Below, in pieces: positions 1-8,354 of a stretch of DNA of 64,000 bases (positions are counted from its first letter, which is position 1; each line of letters begins with the position of its first letter). Made by a program: the position numbers and the translations under genes. The DNA comes from Gemmatimonadota bacterium. GTDB lineage: Bacteria > Gemmatimonadota > Gemmatimonadetes > Gemmatimonadales > GWC2-71-9. Below the pieces are notes generated by a model. That model saw only the letters and a program-made list of their open reading frames with translations, did no database searches and was not told the DNA's origin. The stretch is from positions 12,398-76,397 of the forward strand of contig JBGPOE010000003.1 of assembly GCA_041487875.1 (NCBI GenBank), given 5' to 3'.

Positions 1-651
1 GTCGATGTCCTCGGCCGACGCCACGCCCTGCTCGAGCATGCGCATCGCCTCGAGGCCCAGCACCACGCCCAGCCGGCTCGAGACGAATCCCGGCGAGTCG
101 CGTACCACGATGGGCTCCTTGCCAAGGAAGCGCGCGAACGCCAGAGCGCGTTCCGTGGCATCCCGGCCGATACCGGCGTGCGTCACCACCTCGACGAGCT
201 TCATCGCGTGCACCGGATTGAAGAAGTGCACGCCCACGCACCGCCCGGGGTCGTGCAACGCCCGGGCGATCTCCCCGATGGAGAGCGACGACGTGTTCGA
301 GGCGAGGAGCGCGCCCTTGGGCGCCCGCCGCTCCACTTCCGCGAGCAGGCGCTGCTTCACCTCGAGCTGTTCCACCACCGCCTCGACCACGACGTCGGCA
401 TCCGCCACGGCGGCGCCCAAGTCGGGCTCCGTGCGCACGCGGGCGCGCACCGCGGCGGCGAGTGCTTCGGTGAGCTTGCCGCGCTTCATGCCGCCCGCGA
501 GCAACCCGTCGATCTTGTTCCACGCGAGCTCCAATACAGCGGCGTTCGTGTCCGTCAGCGTGACGGCGCAGCCGGCGAGGGCGGCAACGTAGGCGATGCC
601 GTGCCCCATGGTCCCGGCGCCGACGACCGTGATGCGCGCCGTCGCGCTCAC
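1..651 (-). CDS. 3-hydroxyacyl-CoA (3-hydroxybutyryl-CoA) dehydrogenase, first 217 codons; 3' end lies beyond the window edge
   Basis: Not in the ORF track (open at window edge). My reverse-strand translation from GTG 651-649 reads VSATARITVVGAGTMGHGIAYVAALAGCAVTLTD...NTSSLSIGEIA...GVHFFNPVHAMKLVEV...LGLEAMRMLEQGVASAEDID: Rossmann GxGxxG plus HADH core motifs. GTGA overlap with the upstream stop (648-650). Confidence 0.85.
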   Translation of the reverse strand, partial: MSATARITVVGAGTMGHGIAYVAALAGCAVTLTDTNAAVLELAWNKIDGLLAGGMKRGKLTEALAAAVRARVRTEPDLGAAVADADVVVEAVVEQLEVKQRLLAEVERRAPKGALLASNTSSLSIGEIARALHDPGRCVGVHFFNPVHAMKLVEVVTHAGIGRDATERALAFARFLGKEPIVVRDSPGFVSSRLGVVLGLEAMRMLEQGVASAEDID

Positions 652-1331
652 GCCGCCCCGTCCACGATCCTGCGGGCCACGTCGGGACAGTTCGTGCAGA
701 TGCCGTCGACGCCCAGGTCGACCATGCGCTTGATGTCTTCGGCGTCGTTCGCCGTCCAGCCGAAGATCCGGCAGTTCGCGGTATGGATCGCATCGACCAG
801 GCCAGCGTCGATCAGCCCCTGGTCCTCCCACAGGGTCTGCGCCCCGGTGTCTTCCAGCTCCTCGAGGGGGCGGATGGGATAGGACGCGATGAGAATGCCG
901 CGCGGCATCTTGGGCCGCGCGAACCCGATGCGGCTGACGATGCGATGATCGAAGCTGTGCACGGCATACCGGCCCTTGGCGCCCTTATCGAGCACCGCGT
1001 AGAGCAGGCCATCGAACTGCTGCGGCAAGGACTTCACTTCGACGAACACCTGCAACGGCGCAGGGATCGCGGCCAGCGCCTCCTCGAGGGTGGGGATCGG
1101 CTCGCCGTTGGGGAGGTGCAGGGCGCCGATCTGCTTGGCCGTCGAGCGGGTGATGTGCGTGTGATTGACGGCTTCGTCGTGGTGCACGAACAGCATGCCG
1201 TCGCGCGTGGCGTGGATGTCGAGCTCCACGCCATCCGCGCCGCGGGGTTTGGCGGCCCGGAACGCGGCGAGAGAGTTTTCGCACTCGTACGCCGACGCGC
1301 CCCGATGGGCGATGACCAGGGGCCGCGTCAC
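648..1331 (-). CDS. glycerophosphodiester phosphodiesterase (GDPD) family protein
   Basis: ORF 648..1754 trimmed to GTG 1331-1329; the upstream part is Arg/Pro-rich read-through across the neighbour. VIAHRGASAYECENSLAAFRAA...GVELDIHATRDGMLFVHHDE fits the GDPD HRG...E.D...HD pattern. GTGA overlaps at both ends. Confidence 0.8.
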   Translation of the reverse strand: MTRPLVIAHRGASAYECENSLAAFRAAKPRGADGVELDIHATRDGMLFVHHDEAVNHTHITRSTAKQIGALHLPNGEPIPTLEEALAAIPAPLQVFVEVKSLPQQFDGLLYAVLDKGAKGRYAVHSFDHRIVSRIGFARPKMPRGILIASYPIRPLEELEDTGAQTLWEDQGLIDAGLVDAIHTANCRIFGWTANDAEDIKRMVDLGVDGICTNCPDVARRIVDGAA

Positions 1332-2449
1332 TGCAGCAGGCTGTCCGCCTTCTTCGCCTCGATCCAGTCCGGCTCCTTCTCGATGTCGTGCACCACCGCG
1401 ATGTCCTCGGGCCGGGGCAGCACCGATTCGAGGTACGCCGGATATTTCGCCGCGTCCAGCGGCTCGCCGTCCACGTCGAAGTGCTGGTGGGCGAACAGGC
1501 CGATGCGGCGGTTGAATTTCAGATCGGGGACCTTGAGCTGCCGCTCGCGCTCGGGGATGAACATGTTGAGCCGCTCGATCAGCTTCACGATCTCCTGGCG
1601 GTACAGGCCGCGGGCGTATTCGTTGAGCTTGGCCTTGTCGGGCTCGCTGATGTTCTCGCGCTCGTCGTAGCGGCCCTTCAAACCCCACACGTAGGCCCAG
1701 TGCGCCGAGGACGAGTTGTCGGTGCCGAACAGGTCGAAGGCCGTGGGAATCCACTTATTGAAGAAGCGCTGGATCACCTCGGGCGGCATCTTGCCCGCTT
1801 TGACGATGCGCAGCAATCCGTTGTTGCCGGTGCCCAGGTGGAACGACTCCTCCTTGAGCATCGGCCCCATCGAGCGCGACAGCGGGTCGAACGCCGACAC
1901 CGACAGCATCTTGAGCTGGAACTTGCCGTCGCGGTCGATGAACTGGGTGTAGGTGAAGAAGTCGAGCCAGTTGTCGACGATCTCGTTGAAGGAGCCCAGC
2001 AGCCGCTCGCCCTCGTCGGCGCGGCGCTCCAGCAGCTTCGCCGCCTCGCGCTTGCCTTCGTCGCCGAAATGCGAGCACAGCAGGTAGGACATCTGCCAGC
2101 CGTGCCGCATCTCTTCGGTCATCACGCGCTGCAACGACAGCAAGTCGTAGTCCGACGGCGCGTGATGCAGCAGGTTGCGCTGCTGCTCGACCGAGGCGAA
2201 CTCCGTGTCGCCCTGGTAGACGATGAGGTTCAACAGCGCGTCGCGGATGCGCTGATCGGGGATGTGCATCACGGTCGGCCACTTGCGCTGGCCCTTGTAA
2301 TGGCCGAACTCGATGTGCGGGACTTCGGGATCGCCGAACTTGGCGTCGAAGTTGAAGTCGCGCAGCGCACCCGACGGCAGACCGATCGAGTCCTGCCAGT
2401 AACGGAAGTAGTCGATCCAGTCGTCAAAGTTGCCCAGCTTGCGAACCAT
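1328..2449 (-). CDS. PaaA/BoxB-family di-iron (ferritin-like) acyl-CoA oxygenase-like protein, 373 aa
   Basis: ORF 1328..2569 trimmed to ATG 2449-2447 (MVRKLGNFDDW), 1 nt after the upstream stop. Two EExxH di-iron motifs (VMTEEMRHGW and MLKEESFHLG; KEESFH is the segment I recall from E. coli PaaA), plus QGDTEFASVEQQR and FIDRDGKFQL, which resemble BoxB as I remember it. Confidence 0.65.
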   Translation of the reverse strand: MVRKLGNFDDWIDYFRYWQDSIGLPSGALRDFNFDAKFGDPEVPHIEFGHYKGQRKWPTVMHIPDQRIRDALLNLIVYQGDTEFASVEQQRNLLHHAPSDYDLLSLQRVMTEEMRHGWQMSYLLCSHFGDEGKREAAKLLERRADEGERLLGSFNEIVDNWLDFFTYTQFIDRDGKFQLKMLSVSAFDPLSRSMGPMLKEESFHLGTGNNGLLRIVKAGKMPPEVIQRFFNKWIPTAFDLFGTDNSSSAHWAYVWGLKGRYDERENISEPDKAKLNEYARGLYRQEIVKLIERLNMFIPERERQLKVPDLKFNRRIGLFAHQHFDVDGEPLDAAKYPAYLESVLPRPEDIAVVHDIEKEPDWIEAKKADSLLQ

Positions 2450-2450
2450 G

Positions 2451-3206
2451 TCAGCGACTCCTTCGGGAAAGGGACTGCGCGATCCGTTCGCGCGCGTCCG
2501 CTGTAGCGAACAACTCGTGTTGCGTGGCGATCTCCCAATCGAGCATGGCCTCGAGCGAGGTCGCAGCACTCCGGTACAATCCTTCCTTGGCGCGCCGCAT
2601 GGCCAGCGGCGGCTGGGCAGCCCACGTCATAGCCAGGGCCCGCACTTCGACGGCGAGCCGGTCGGCCGGCACCACCTGGTCGAACACACCCAGCGCCAGG
2701 GCCTCGGCCGCGGGAATCATGCGCGCGCTCCACACCAGCTCCAGCGCTTTCGATGGGCCCACGAGGCGGGGCAAGAGCCAGCTGCCGCCCCAGTCGGGCG
2801 CGAGGCCGAGCTTCGCGAACACCTGCCCGATCTGCGCCTGGTCCGAGGCGATGCGGTAGTCGCAGGCGAGCGCGAGATTGGCGCCGCCGCCCGCCGCCGC
2901 GCCGTTCACCGCGGCCAGCACCGGCTGCGGCGCCCCACGCAACAGCAGCGCGATCGTCTTGCCCGCGGCTACCAGCGCATCACCCTCGGCGCCCAACACG
3001 GTGAGATCGGCGCCGGCGCAGAACGAGCGCCCCGCTCCCGTGAGCACGAGCACGCGCACCGCGGTCGAGCCCGCGAGCATCTTCAGCGCGTCGATCAAGT
3101 CGTCGCACAACGCGCGGTTCAGCGCGTTGAGCTTGTCGGGGCGGTTGAGCGTGACCGTGCCCACCCCGCCCGCGATGTCCACCATCACCGTATCGTAGGC
3201 GGCCAT
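2451..3206 (-). CDS. enoyl-CoA hydratase/isomerase (crotonase) family protein
   Basis: ORF 2451..4367 trimmed to ATG 3206-3204 ([29 protein letters not shown]). Crotonase motifs LTGAGRSFCAGADL and NGAAAGGGANLALACD. Start shares one nt with the thiolase stop. Confidence 0.85.
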   Translation of the reverse strand: MAAYDTVMVDIAGGVGTVTLNRPDKLNALNRALCDDLIDALKMLAGSTAVRVLVLTGAGRSFCAGADLTVLGAEGDALVAAGKTIALLLRGAPQPVLAAVNGAAAGGGANLALACDYRIASDQAQIGQVFAKLGLAPDWGGSWLLPRLVGPSKALELVWSARMIPAAEALALGVFDQVVPADRLAVEVRALAMTWAAQPPLAMRRAKEGLYRSAATSLEAMLDWEIATQHELFATADARERIAQSLSRRSR

Positions 3207-4387
3207 CAGACGCGCTCCACGATCATCGCGATGCCTTGGCCCACACCGATGCACATCGTCGCCAAGCCGTAGCGCGTTTTCGTGCGGTGCAGCGCATGCA
3301 CTAGCGTGGTCAGGATCTTCGCCCCGGTGCAGCCCAGCGGATGCCCCAGGGCGATGCCGCCGCCGTAAATGTTCGTCTTCTCGGGATCGAGCTTGAGCTC
3401 GCGCATGCAGGCGATCGCTTGCGCGGCGAACGCTTCGTTCAACTCGATCAGGTCGATCTGGTCGATGGTGAGGCCCGCCCGCTTGAGCGCTCTTTGGGTC
3501 GCGGGGATCGGACCCAGGCCCATAACACTCGGATCCACACCCGCCACCGCCGTCGCCACGACGCGCGCCAGCGGCTGCGCCCGCCCGCGACCGTCCTCGC
3601 CCGTCACCAGCAATGCCGCCGCCCCATCGTTGATGCCGCTCGAGCTGCCCGCGGTCACGGTGCCGTCGGCTCGGAAGGCGGGCTTCAACTTCGCGAGCTT
3701 CTCCGCCGACGCATCGAGGCGCGGGTATTCGTCTTTCGCGAACGTCGAGCCGTCGGGGAGCACCACGGGCACGAGCTCGTCGGTGAAGACGCAGTCCGTG
3801 AGCGCCGTTGCCGCACGCCGCTGGCTCTCGAGGGCGAACGCGTCCTGCTCGCCACGGCCGATCTTGTAGCGGGCGGCCACGACCTCGGCCGTCTCGCCCA
3901 TCGCGATCGTCCAGTCTTTCTTGAAACGGGGATTGGTAAAGCGCCAGCCCACTGTGGTGTCGGCCACCTCGGGCGTCTTCCGGCTCCACACTTCGCCGGA
4001 CTTGAGCGTCACGTAGGGGGCGCGGGTCATGTTCTCGACGCCCCCGGCGACGAAGACCGCGCCTTCGCCCGCCTTGATCGCCTGCGCGGCGCTCGCCACG
4101 GCCTGGAGTCCCGAGCCACACAGCCGGTTGACTGTTTGACCAGGCACTTCGACGGGCAGTCCTGCAAGCAGCAGCGCCATCCGCGCGACGTTGCGGTTGT
4201 CTTCGCCCGCCTGGTTGGTGCAGCCCAGGATCACGTCGTCGATCGTCCGAGGATCGACACCGCTGCGCTCCACGATCGCCTTGATCGGCACCGCAGCCAG
4301 ATCGTCGGCGCGAACGGACGCCAGACTGCCGCCGTGTTTGCCGACCGGGGTCCGGAGAGCGGCGCAAATGTACGCCTCGCGCGTCAC
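3206..4387 (-). CDS. acetyl-CoA C-acyltransferase (thiolase), PaaJ/PcaF-like
   Basis: ORF 3206..4387, 393 aa. [21 protein letters not shown] and [11 protein letters not shown] (active-site Cys region); C-terminal [20 protein letters not shown] thiolase signature. The N-terminal half resembles 3-oxoadipyl-CoA thiolases as I recall them. Confidence 0.9.
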   Translation of the reverse strand: MTREAYICAALRTPVGKHGGSLASVRADDLAAVPIKAIVERSGVDPRTIDDVILGCTNQAGEDNRNVARMALLLAGLPVEVPGQTVNRLCGSGLQAVASAAQAIKAGEGAVFVAGGVENMTRAPYVTLKSGEVWSRKTPEVADTTVGWRFTNPRFKKDWTIAMGETAEVVAARYKIGRGEQDAFALESQRRAATALTDCVFTDELVPVVLPDGSTFAKDEYPRLDASAEKLAKLKPAFRADGTVTAGSSSGINDGAAALLVTGEDGRGRAQPLARVVATAVAGVDPSVMGLGPIPATQRALKRAGLTIDQIDLIELNEAFAAQAIACMRELKLDPEKTNIYGGGIALGHPLGCTGAKILTTLVHALHRTKTRYGLATMCIGVGQGIAMIVERV

Positions 4388-4389
4388 GT

Positions 4390-4417
4390 TTCCCCTTTCC
4401 CCATTCCCGCTTCCCCC
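4390..4417 (-). repeat. four tandem heptamers GGGAAGC GGGAATG GGGAAAG GGGAAAC (minus-strand sense) filling the ALDH-thiolase intercistronic spacer; canonical G-quadruplex-type motif
   Basis: Plus strand shows TTCCCnn starting at 4390, 4397, 4404 and 4411, an exact 7-nt phase. mRNA sense: UGA AA GGGGGGG AAGC GGG AAU GGGG AAA GGGG AAAC GUG. Confidence 0.8.
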
Positions 4418-4421
4418 CCTT

Positions 4422-5855
4422 TCACAGCGCCACCCACACAGTCTTCGTTTCCAGATAGCTGTCGAGCGCGTCCCGCCCCAGGTCGCGCCCGTAGCCGCTC
4501 GCCTTGAATCCGCCGAACGGCGCGCCCGCGTCGTAGAAGTTGTACGCGTTGATCCACACGGTGCCCGCGCGGATGGCGCGGGCCGCGCGATGCGCCTTCT
4601 GGATATCCTTGGTCCAGATGCCCGCGGCGAGGCCGTAGATGGTGCGGTTGGCGAGTGCCACGCCGTGCTCGAAGTCGTCGAAGGAGAGCACCGCCAGGAC
4701 CGGCCCGAAGATCTCTTCGCGCGCGATGGTCATCTCGGGCACGACTTTGTCGAACACGGTCGCCTCGACGAAGTAGCCCTTACCGTTCGCCTGCGCGGCC
4801 TTGCCGCCCGCGACCAGCGCGGCGCCTTCGTCCACGCCCTTCTTGATGTAGCCCAGGACCGTATCCTGCTGCTTCTTGGAGACGAGCGCGCCGAGTCGCG
4901 TGTTCTTGTCCAGCGGATCGCCCACCGTGAGCTTCTTGGCGCTCGCGGCGAGCTGCTCCACCACCTGATCGTGCACGCTCTTCTCGACCAGCAGGCGCGA
5001 GCCCGCGGCGCACACTTCGCCCTTGCCGTAGAAGATGCCGGTTTGCGCGCCGCGCACGGCCGCCTTCAAGTCGGCGTCCGCGAAGATGATGTTGGGGCTC
5101 TTGCCGCCGAGCTCCAACGTGAGGCGCTTGTTGGTGTCGGCCGCCATCCTCATGATCTGCCGGCCGACCTCCGTGGAACCCGTGAACGAGATCTTGTCCA
5201 CGTCGGGATGGCGCACCAGCGCCGCGCCCGCGGTCGAGCCGCCGCCCGCCACCACGTTGAAGGCACCAGGCGGGAAGCCCGCCTCGAGCGCCAGCTCGGC
5301 GAAGAGCAGGGCGGTGAGCGGCGTCTCCGAGGCGGGCTTCAGCACCACCGTGCATCCCGCCGCCAGCGCGGGGGCGAACTTCCAGCTGGCGATGTTGAGC
5401 GGGAAATTCCACGGTACGATGGCGCCCACCACGCCCACCGGCTCGCGCAAGGTATAGACGAAGAACGGGCCGTCGACCGGCAGCGTATCGCCCGTGATCT
5501 TGTCGGCCCAGCCCGCGTAGTAGCGCAGCGTGTTGACCGTGAGCGTCAGCTCGATCTTCGACTCGAACAGCGTCTTGCCGTTGTGCGCCGTCTCGAGCCG
5601 CGCGAATTCGTCGAGCCGCGCCTCGAGCAGATCGCCGGCCTTGGACAAGAGCCGGCCGCGTTGGCGCGCGGAGAGGCCGCGCCAGGCGTCCGAATCGAAA
5701 CAGGCCCGCGCCGCGGCGACGGCAGTGTCCACGTCGGCCACATCGCCCAGGGCGACCTGGGCGATCACTTCCTCCGTCGCCGGGTTGACCACGGGGAAGC
5801 GTTTGCCCGAGGCCGCGGGCCGCCATTCGTTATTGATGAAAAGGTCGGTCCTCAC
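4422..5855 (-). CDS. NAD(P)-dependent aldehyde dehydrogenase
   Basis: ORF 4422..6077 trimmed to GTG 5855-5853 ([20 protein letters not shown]), which forms a GTGA overlap with the upstream stop. ALDH motifs [29 protein letters not shown] (catalytic Cys region) and EEIFGPV. Confidence 0.9.
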   Translation of the reverse strand: MRTDLFINNEWRPAASGKRFPVVNPATEEVIAQVALGDVADVDTAVAAARACFDSDAWRGLSARQRGRLLSKAGDLLEARLDEFARLETAHNGKTLFESKIELTLTVNTLRYYAGWADKITGDTLPVDGPFFVYTLREPVGVVGAIVPWNFPLNIASWKFAPALAAGCTVVLKPASETPLTALLFAELALEAGFPPGAFNVVAGGGSTAGAALVRHPDVDKISFTGSTEVGRQIMRMAADTNKRLTLELGGKSPNIIFADADLKAAVRGAQTGIFYGKGEVCAAGSRLLVEKSVHDQVVEQLAASAKKLTVGDPLDKNTRLGALVSKKQQDTVLGYIKKGVDEGAALVAGGKAAQANGKGYFVEATVFDKVVPEMTIAREEIFGPVLAVLSFDDFEHGVALANRTIYGLAAGIWTKDIQKAHRAARAIRAGTVWINAYNFYDAGAPFGGFKASGYGRDLGRDALDSYLETKTVWVAL

Positions 5856-6661
5856 CGCCCTTTGAACTCCGCCACGCGCTTCTCGTTGTAGGCGGCGATG
5901 CCTTCCTTGGCGTCTTCGCTCTGGAACAGCTGCTGTTGCAGCTCGCGCTCGATCGCCAGCGCCGACTCGAACGGCACCTCGGCGCCCGACTGCACGGCGC
6001 GCTTGATCAGGCCGACCGCCTTCGACGCCTTGGCGGGCGGGCAGAACTGCCGGGCGTACAGCAGCACCTGCTCCCAATAGCCCGGCGCCGGGAAGATTTC
6101 GTTGACCATGCCCAGCTCTTTGGCACGGTCGAATGAGAACGTCTCACCCTTCACCATCATTTCGATCGCGAGCGACTTGCCCACGAGCCGCGCCAGACGC
6201 TGCGTGCCGCCGGTGCCCGGCAGCACACCCAGGTTCACTTCCGGCAGCCCGATCTTGCCGGCGTTTTCCTTGGCGAGGCGCATGTCGCACGCCATCGCGA
6301 TCTCGAGCCCGCCGCCCACCGTGTGCCCGTTGAGCGCGGCGATGGTGAGTTTGGGCGTCTGCTCCAGCCGGCTCAGCGTTTCGTTGGCGTGCAGGCAGAA
6401 GAAGTACTTGTAACGGGGTGTGATGCGGTTCAGGTAGGCGATGTTCGCGCCGGCGGAGAAGAACTTCTCGCCATGGCCGCGGAGCACGATCACGTGCGCG
6501 CCGTCGTCGAAACGCGCCTTCAAGATCGCCTCGTCGAGCTGGTGCATCATCTCGTAGGTGTACGTGTTGGCGGGGGGATCGTTCAGCTCGATGATCGCCA
6601 GCCCGTCCTCCACGCGGTAATCGACGAGGGTCTTCACCTGAGGTTCCGTCATGGTCGCCAT
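5852..6661 (-). CDS. enoyl-CoA hydratase/isomerase (crotonase) family protein
   Basis: ORF 5852..6661, 269 aa. Crotonase motifs RGHGEKFFSAGANI, NGHTVGGGLEIAMACD and GLPEVNLGVLPGTGGTQRL. Confidence 0.85.
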   Translation of the reverse strand: MATMTEPQVKTLVDYRVEDGLAIIELNDPPANTYTYEMMHQLDEAILKARFDDGAHVIVLRGHGEKFFSAGANIAYLNRITPRYKYFFCLHANETLSRLEQTPKLTIAALNGHTVGGGLEIAMACDMRLAKENAGKIGLPEVNLGVLPGTGGTQRLARLVGKSLAIEMMVKGETFSFDRAKELGMVNEIFPAPGYWEQVLLYARQFCPPAKASKAVGLIKRAVQSGAEVPFESALAIERELQQQLFQSEDAKEGIAAYNEKRVAEFKGR

Positions 6662-6667
6662 GCGTGC

Positions 6668-7267
6668 CTAGCCTCCGTGTACCGTGGAACGGGCCTCGGC
6701 GAACCCGCCGAGGAAGATGCGCGCGATCAAGTCCGCGAGCTGCTGAGGATCGATTTCGCCCGCGGGGTCGTACCAGTTGTAAATCCAGTTCATCATGCCG
6801 AAGAGCGCGTAGGCGGCAGCACTGCGATCCACCGCGGTCTCTTCGGGCGATGCTTCCTTGAGCAGCTTCTCGAGCAGGTCCACGTAGCGCCGCTTGATCG
6901 CATTCACGCGGCGTTGCCCCTCGCCCGTGAGCGAGTTGGCCTCGTGCGACAGGACCTTCATCTCGGCCATGTGCGCCGCGAAGAACGCCACGTGGTGGCG
7001 GATGAAGGCCTTGAGACGCTCGGTGGGATCTGACTCGGGCGCGAGCGCGGCCTTGGCGCCCTCCCAGACGCGGGTGAAGCAGCGCTCCTGGATGAGATGG
7101 AGCAGCTCCTCCTTGCCCTTCACGTAGTAGTAGATGCCCGCGAGCGACATGCCGCTCGCCGCGGCCAGATCGCGCATGCTGGTGGCATGGTAGCTCCGCT
7201 CCGCGAACACGCGGGCGGCGGCGGCCAGCAAGGCATCGAGGCGTTGGTCGTAGGGGCGCACGGGCAC
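6668..7267 (-). CDS. TetR/AcrR-family transcriptional regulator (start unresolved; longest ORF reaches 7336)
   Basis: ORF 6668..7336. HTH region SYHATSMRDLAAASGMSLAGIYYYVKGKEELL. I prefer GTG 7267-7265 (VPVRPYDQRLDALL, 199 aa) because the longer form would translate through an AT-richer palindrome. Stop lies 6 nt before the next gene's start. Confidence 0.8.
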   Translation of the reverse strand: MPVRPYDQRLDALLAAAARVFAERSYHATSMRDLAAASGMSLAGIYYYVKGKEELLHLIQERCFTRVWEGAKAALAPESDPTERLKAFIRHHVAFFAAHMAEMKVLSHEANSLTGEGQRRVNAIKRRYVDLLEKLLKEASPEETAVDRSAAAYALFGMMNWIYNWYDPAGEIDPQQLADLIARIFLGGFAEARSTVHGG

Positions 7268-7274
7268 CGGTTTT

Positions 7275-7284
7275 CGAACGTTCG
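7275..7284. promoter_or_regulatory. candidate TetR operator: perfect 10-bp palindrome CGAACGTTCG
   Basis: Sits inside TTTTCGAACGTTCGTTCGGATTC, the least GC-rich stretch of the TetR/sigma divergent region, 8 nt upstream of the preferred TetR start. Confidence 0.3.
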
Positions 7285-7344
7285 TTCGGATTCTAGCCCG
7301 CCCCGCCACCGAAAGCAACCACGCACTCCGCACCACGCACCTCT

Positions 7345-7371
7345 TAACTTTTCACCGATCCTGCACGTCAA
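7345..7371 (+). promoter_or_regulatory. candidate ECF-type promoter (TAACTT-N15-CGTCAA) upstream of the sigma gene
   Basis: AAC (7346-7348), then 17 nt, then CGTC (7366-7369), followed by GGAG and ATG 7384. Resembles the generic ECF -35 AAC / -10 CGT pattern. Confidence 0.25.
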
Positions 7372-7383
7372 CCAACGGAGCCC

Positions 7384-7935
7384 ATGGCCCAACCTCAGCC
7401 CGTCGCCGCGCCGGCGTCCGATGCGGCCCTGATTGCCGCGTGGCAGCGCGGCGACGAGCAGGCGGCGGCCGAATTGGTGCGGCGCCACGCTCGCGCGCTG
7501 GCGCGTTTTCTGGCGGGGGCGGGGGCGCCCGACGCGGACTTGGACGACCTGGTGCAGGACACGTTGATCCGGGCGTTCCGCTCGATCGAGCGGTTTCGCG
7601 GGGACTGCCAGTTCCGCACGTGGTTGTTGACCATCGGCGGAAACGTCCTGAAGGATGCCGGGCGGCGCGCGGCACGGGGTAAGGTGATTCCGCTCGACGA
7701 AGCGCTGGCGACGAGCGACGGCGATCCCCACGCCGAGGCGGAGGCGAGCGAAGCGGCGGAGCAGCTGGCCCAAGAGCTGGGCCGGTTGCCGCGGATGCAG
7801 CGGGAGGTGTTCCTGCTGCGGGCCCAGCAGGGCCTCGAGTACACGGAAATCGCGGCGGCGCTGGGGACGAGCGAGGGAGCGGCGCGGGTGCATTATCATC
7901 ACGCGCAGAAACGATTGAAGGAGAGTCTCACGTGA
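7384..7935 (+). CDS. ECF-subfamily RNA polymerase sigma-70 factor
   Basis: ORF 7384..7935. Region 2 (DLDDLVQDTLIRAFRSIERFRGDCQFRTWLLTIGGN) and region 4 HTH (LEYTEIAAALGTSEGAARVHYHHAQKRL). Confidence 0.9.
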   Translation: MAQPQPVAAPASDAALIAAWQRGDEQAAAELVRRHARALARFLAGAGAPDADLDDLVQDTLIRAFRSIERFRGDCQFRTWLLTIGGNVLKDAGRRAARGKVIPLDEALATSDGDPHAEAEASEAAEQLAQELGRLPRMQREVFLLRAQQGLEYTEIAAALGTSEGAARVHYHHAQKRLKESLT

Positions 7936-8354
7936 AACCGCACGAGATCGAGGATCCCAAGCTGCAGGAGCTGGCGCGCCGGTTGGGCGTACGGGCCGCG
8001 GAGCGTCTGGACGTGGAGCGTACAGCGGCGGCGGTCGTTGCCGAGCTGCGCCGCTCTGTACGGCAGCGCACCTGGCTTGCCTGGACCGAGATCGCGTGGG
8101 TGCGTGCCGCGGCGATGGTCGTGTTGTTCCTCGGCACGGGGATCCTGTTGCAGCCCCGGGCCACACCCGTGCGCGGTGCCTGGGACGATCCGCCGGTCGG
8201 GTCGGTGCAGGACTTGTCGGCCGATCAACTGACCCGGGTATTGGACGAGCTGGATCAGCCGGTGGACGTCACGGTGCCGGCGCCGGAAGACGCGGGTCTC
8301 GAGGACTTGTCTGAACCGCAGCTCCGCGCGTTGCTCAAATCGTTGGAGGGATGA
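7932..8354 (+). CDS. single-pass membrane protein, candidate anti-sigma factor (non-ZAS)
   Basis: ORF 7932..8354 with GTGA overlap to the sigma gene. One hydrophobic helix (IAWVRAAAMVVLFLGTGILL). The position is typical of anti-sigma factors, but there is no HxxxCxxC zinc motif. Confidence 0.45.
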   Translation: MKPHEIEDPKLQELARRLGVRAAERLDVERTAAAVVAELRRSVRQRTWLAWTEIAWVRAAAMVVLFLGTGILLQPRATPVRGAWDDPPVGSVQDLSADQLTRVLDELDQPVDVTVPAPEDAGLEDLSEPQLRALLKSLEG

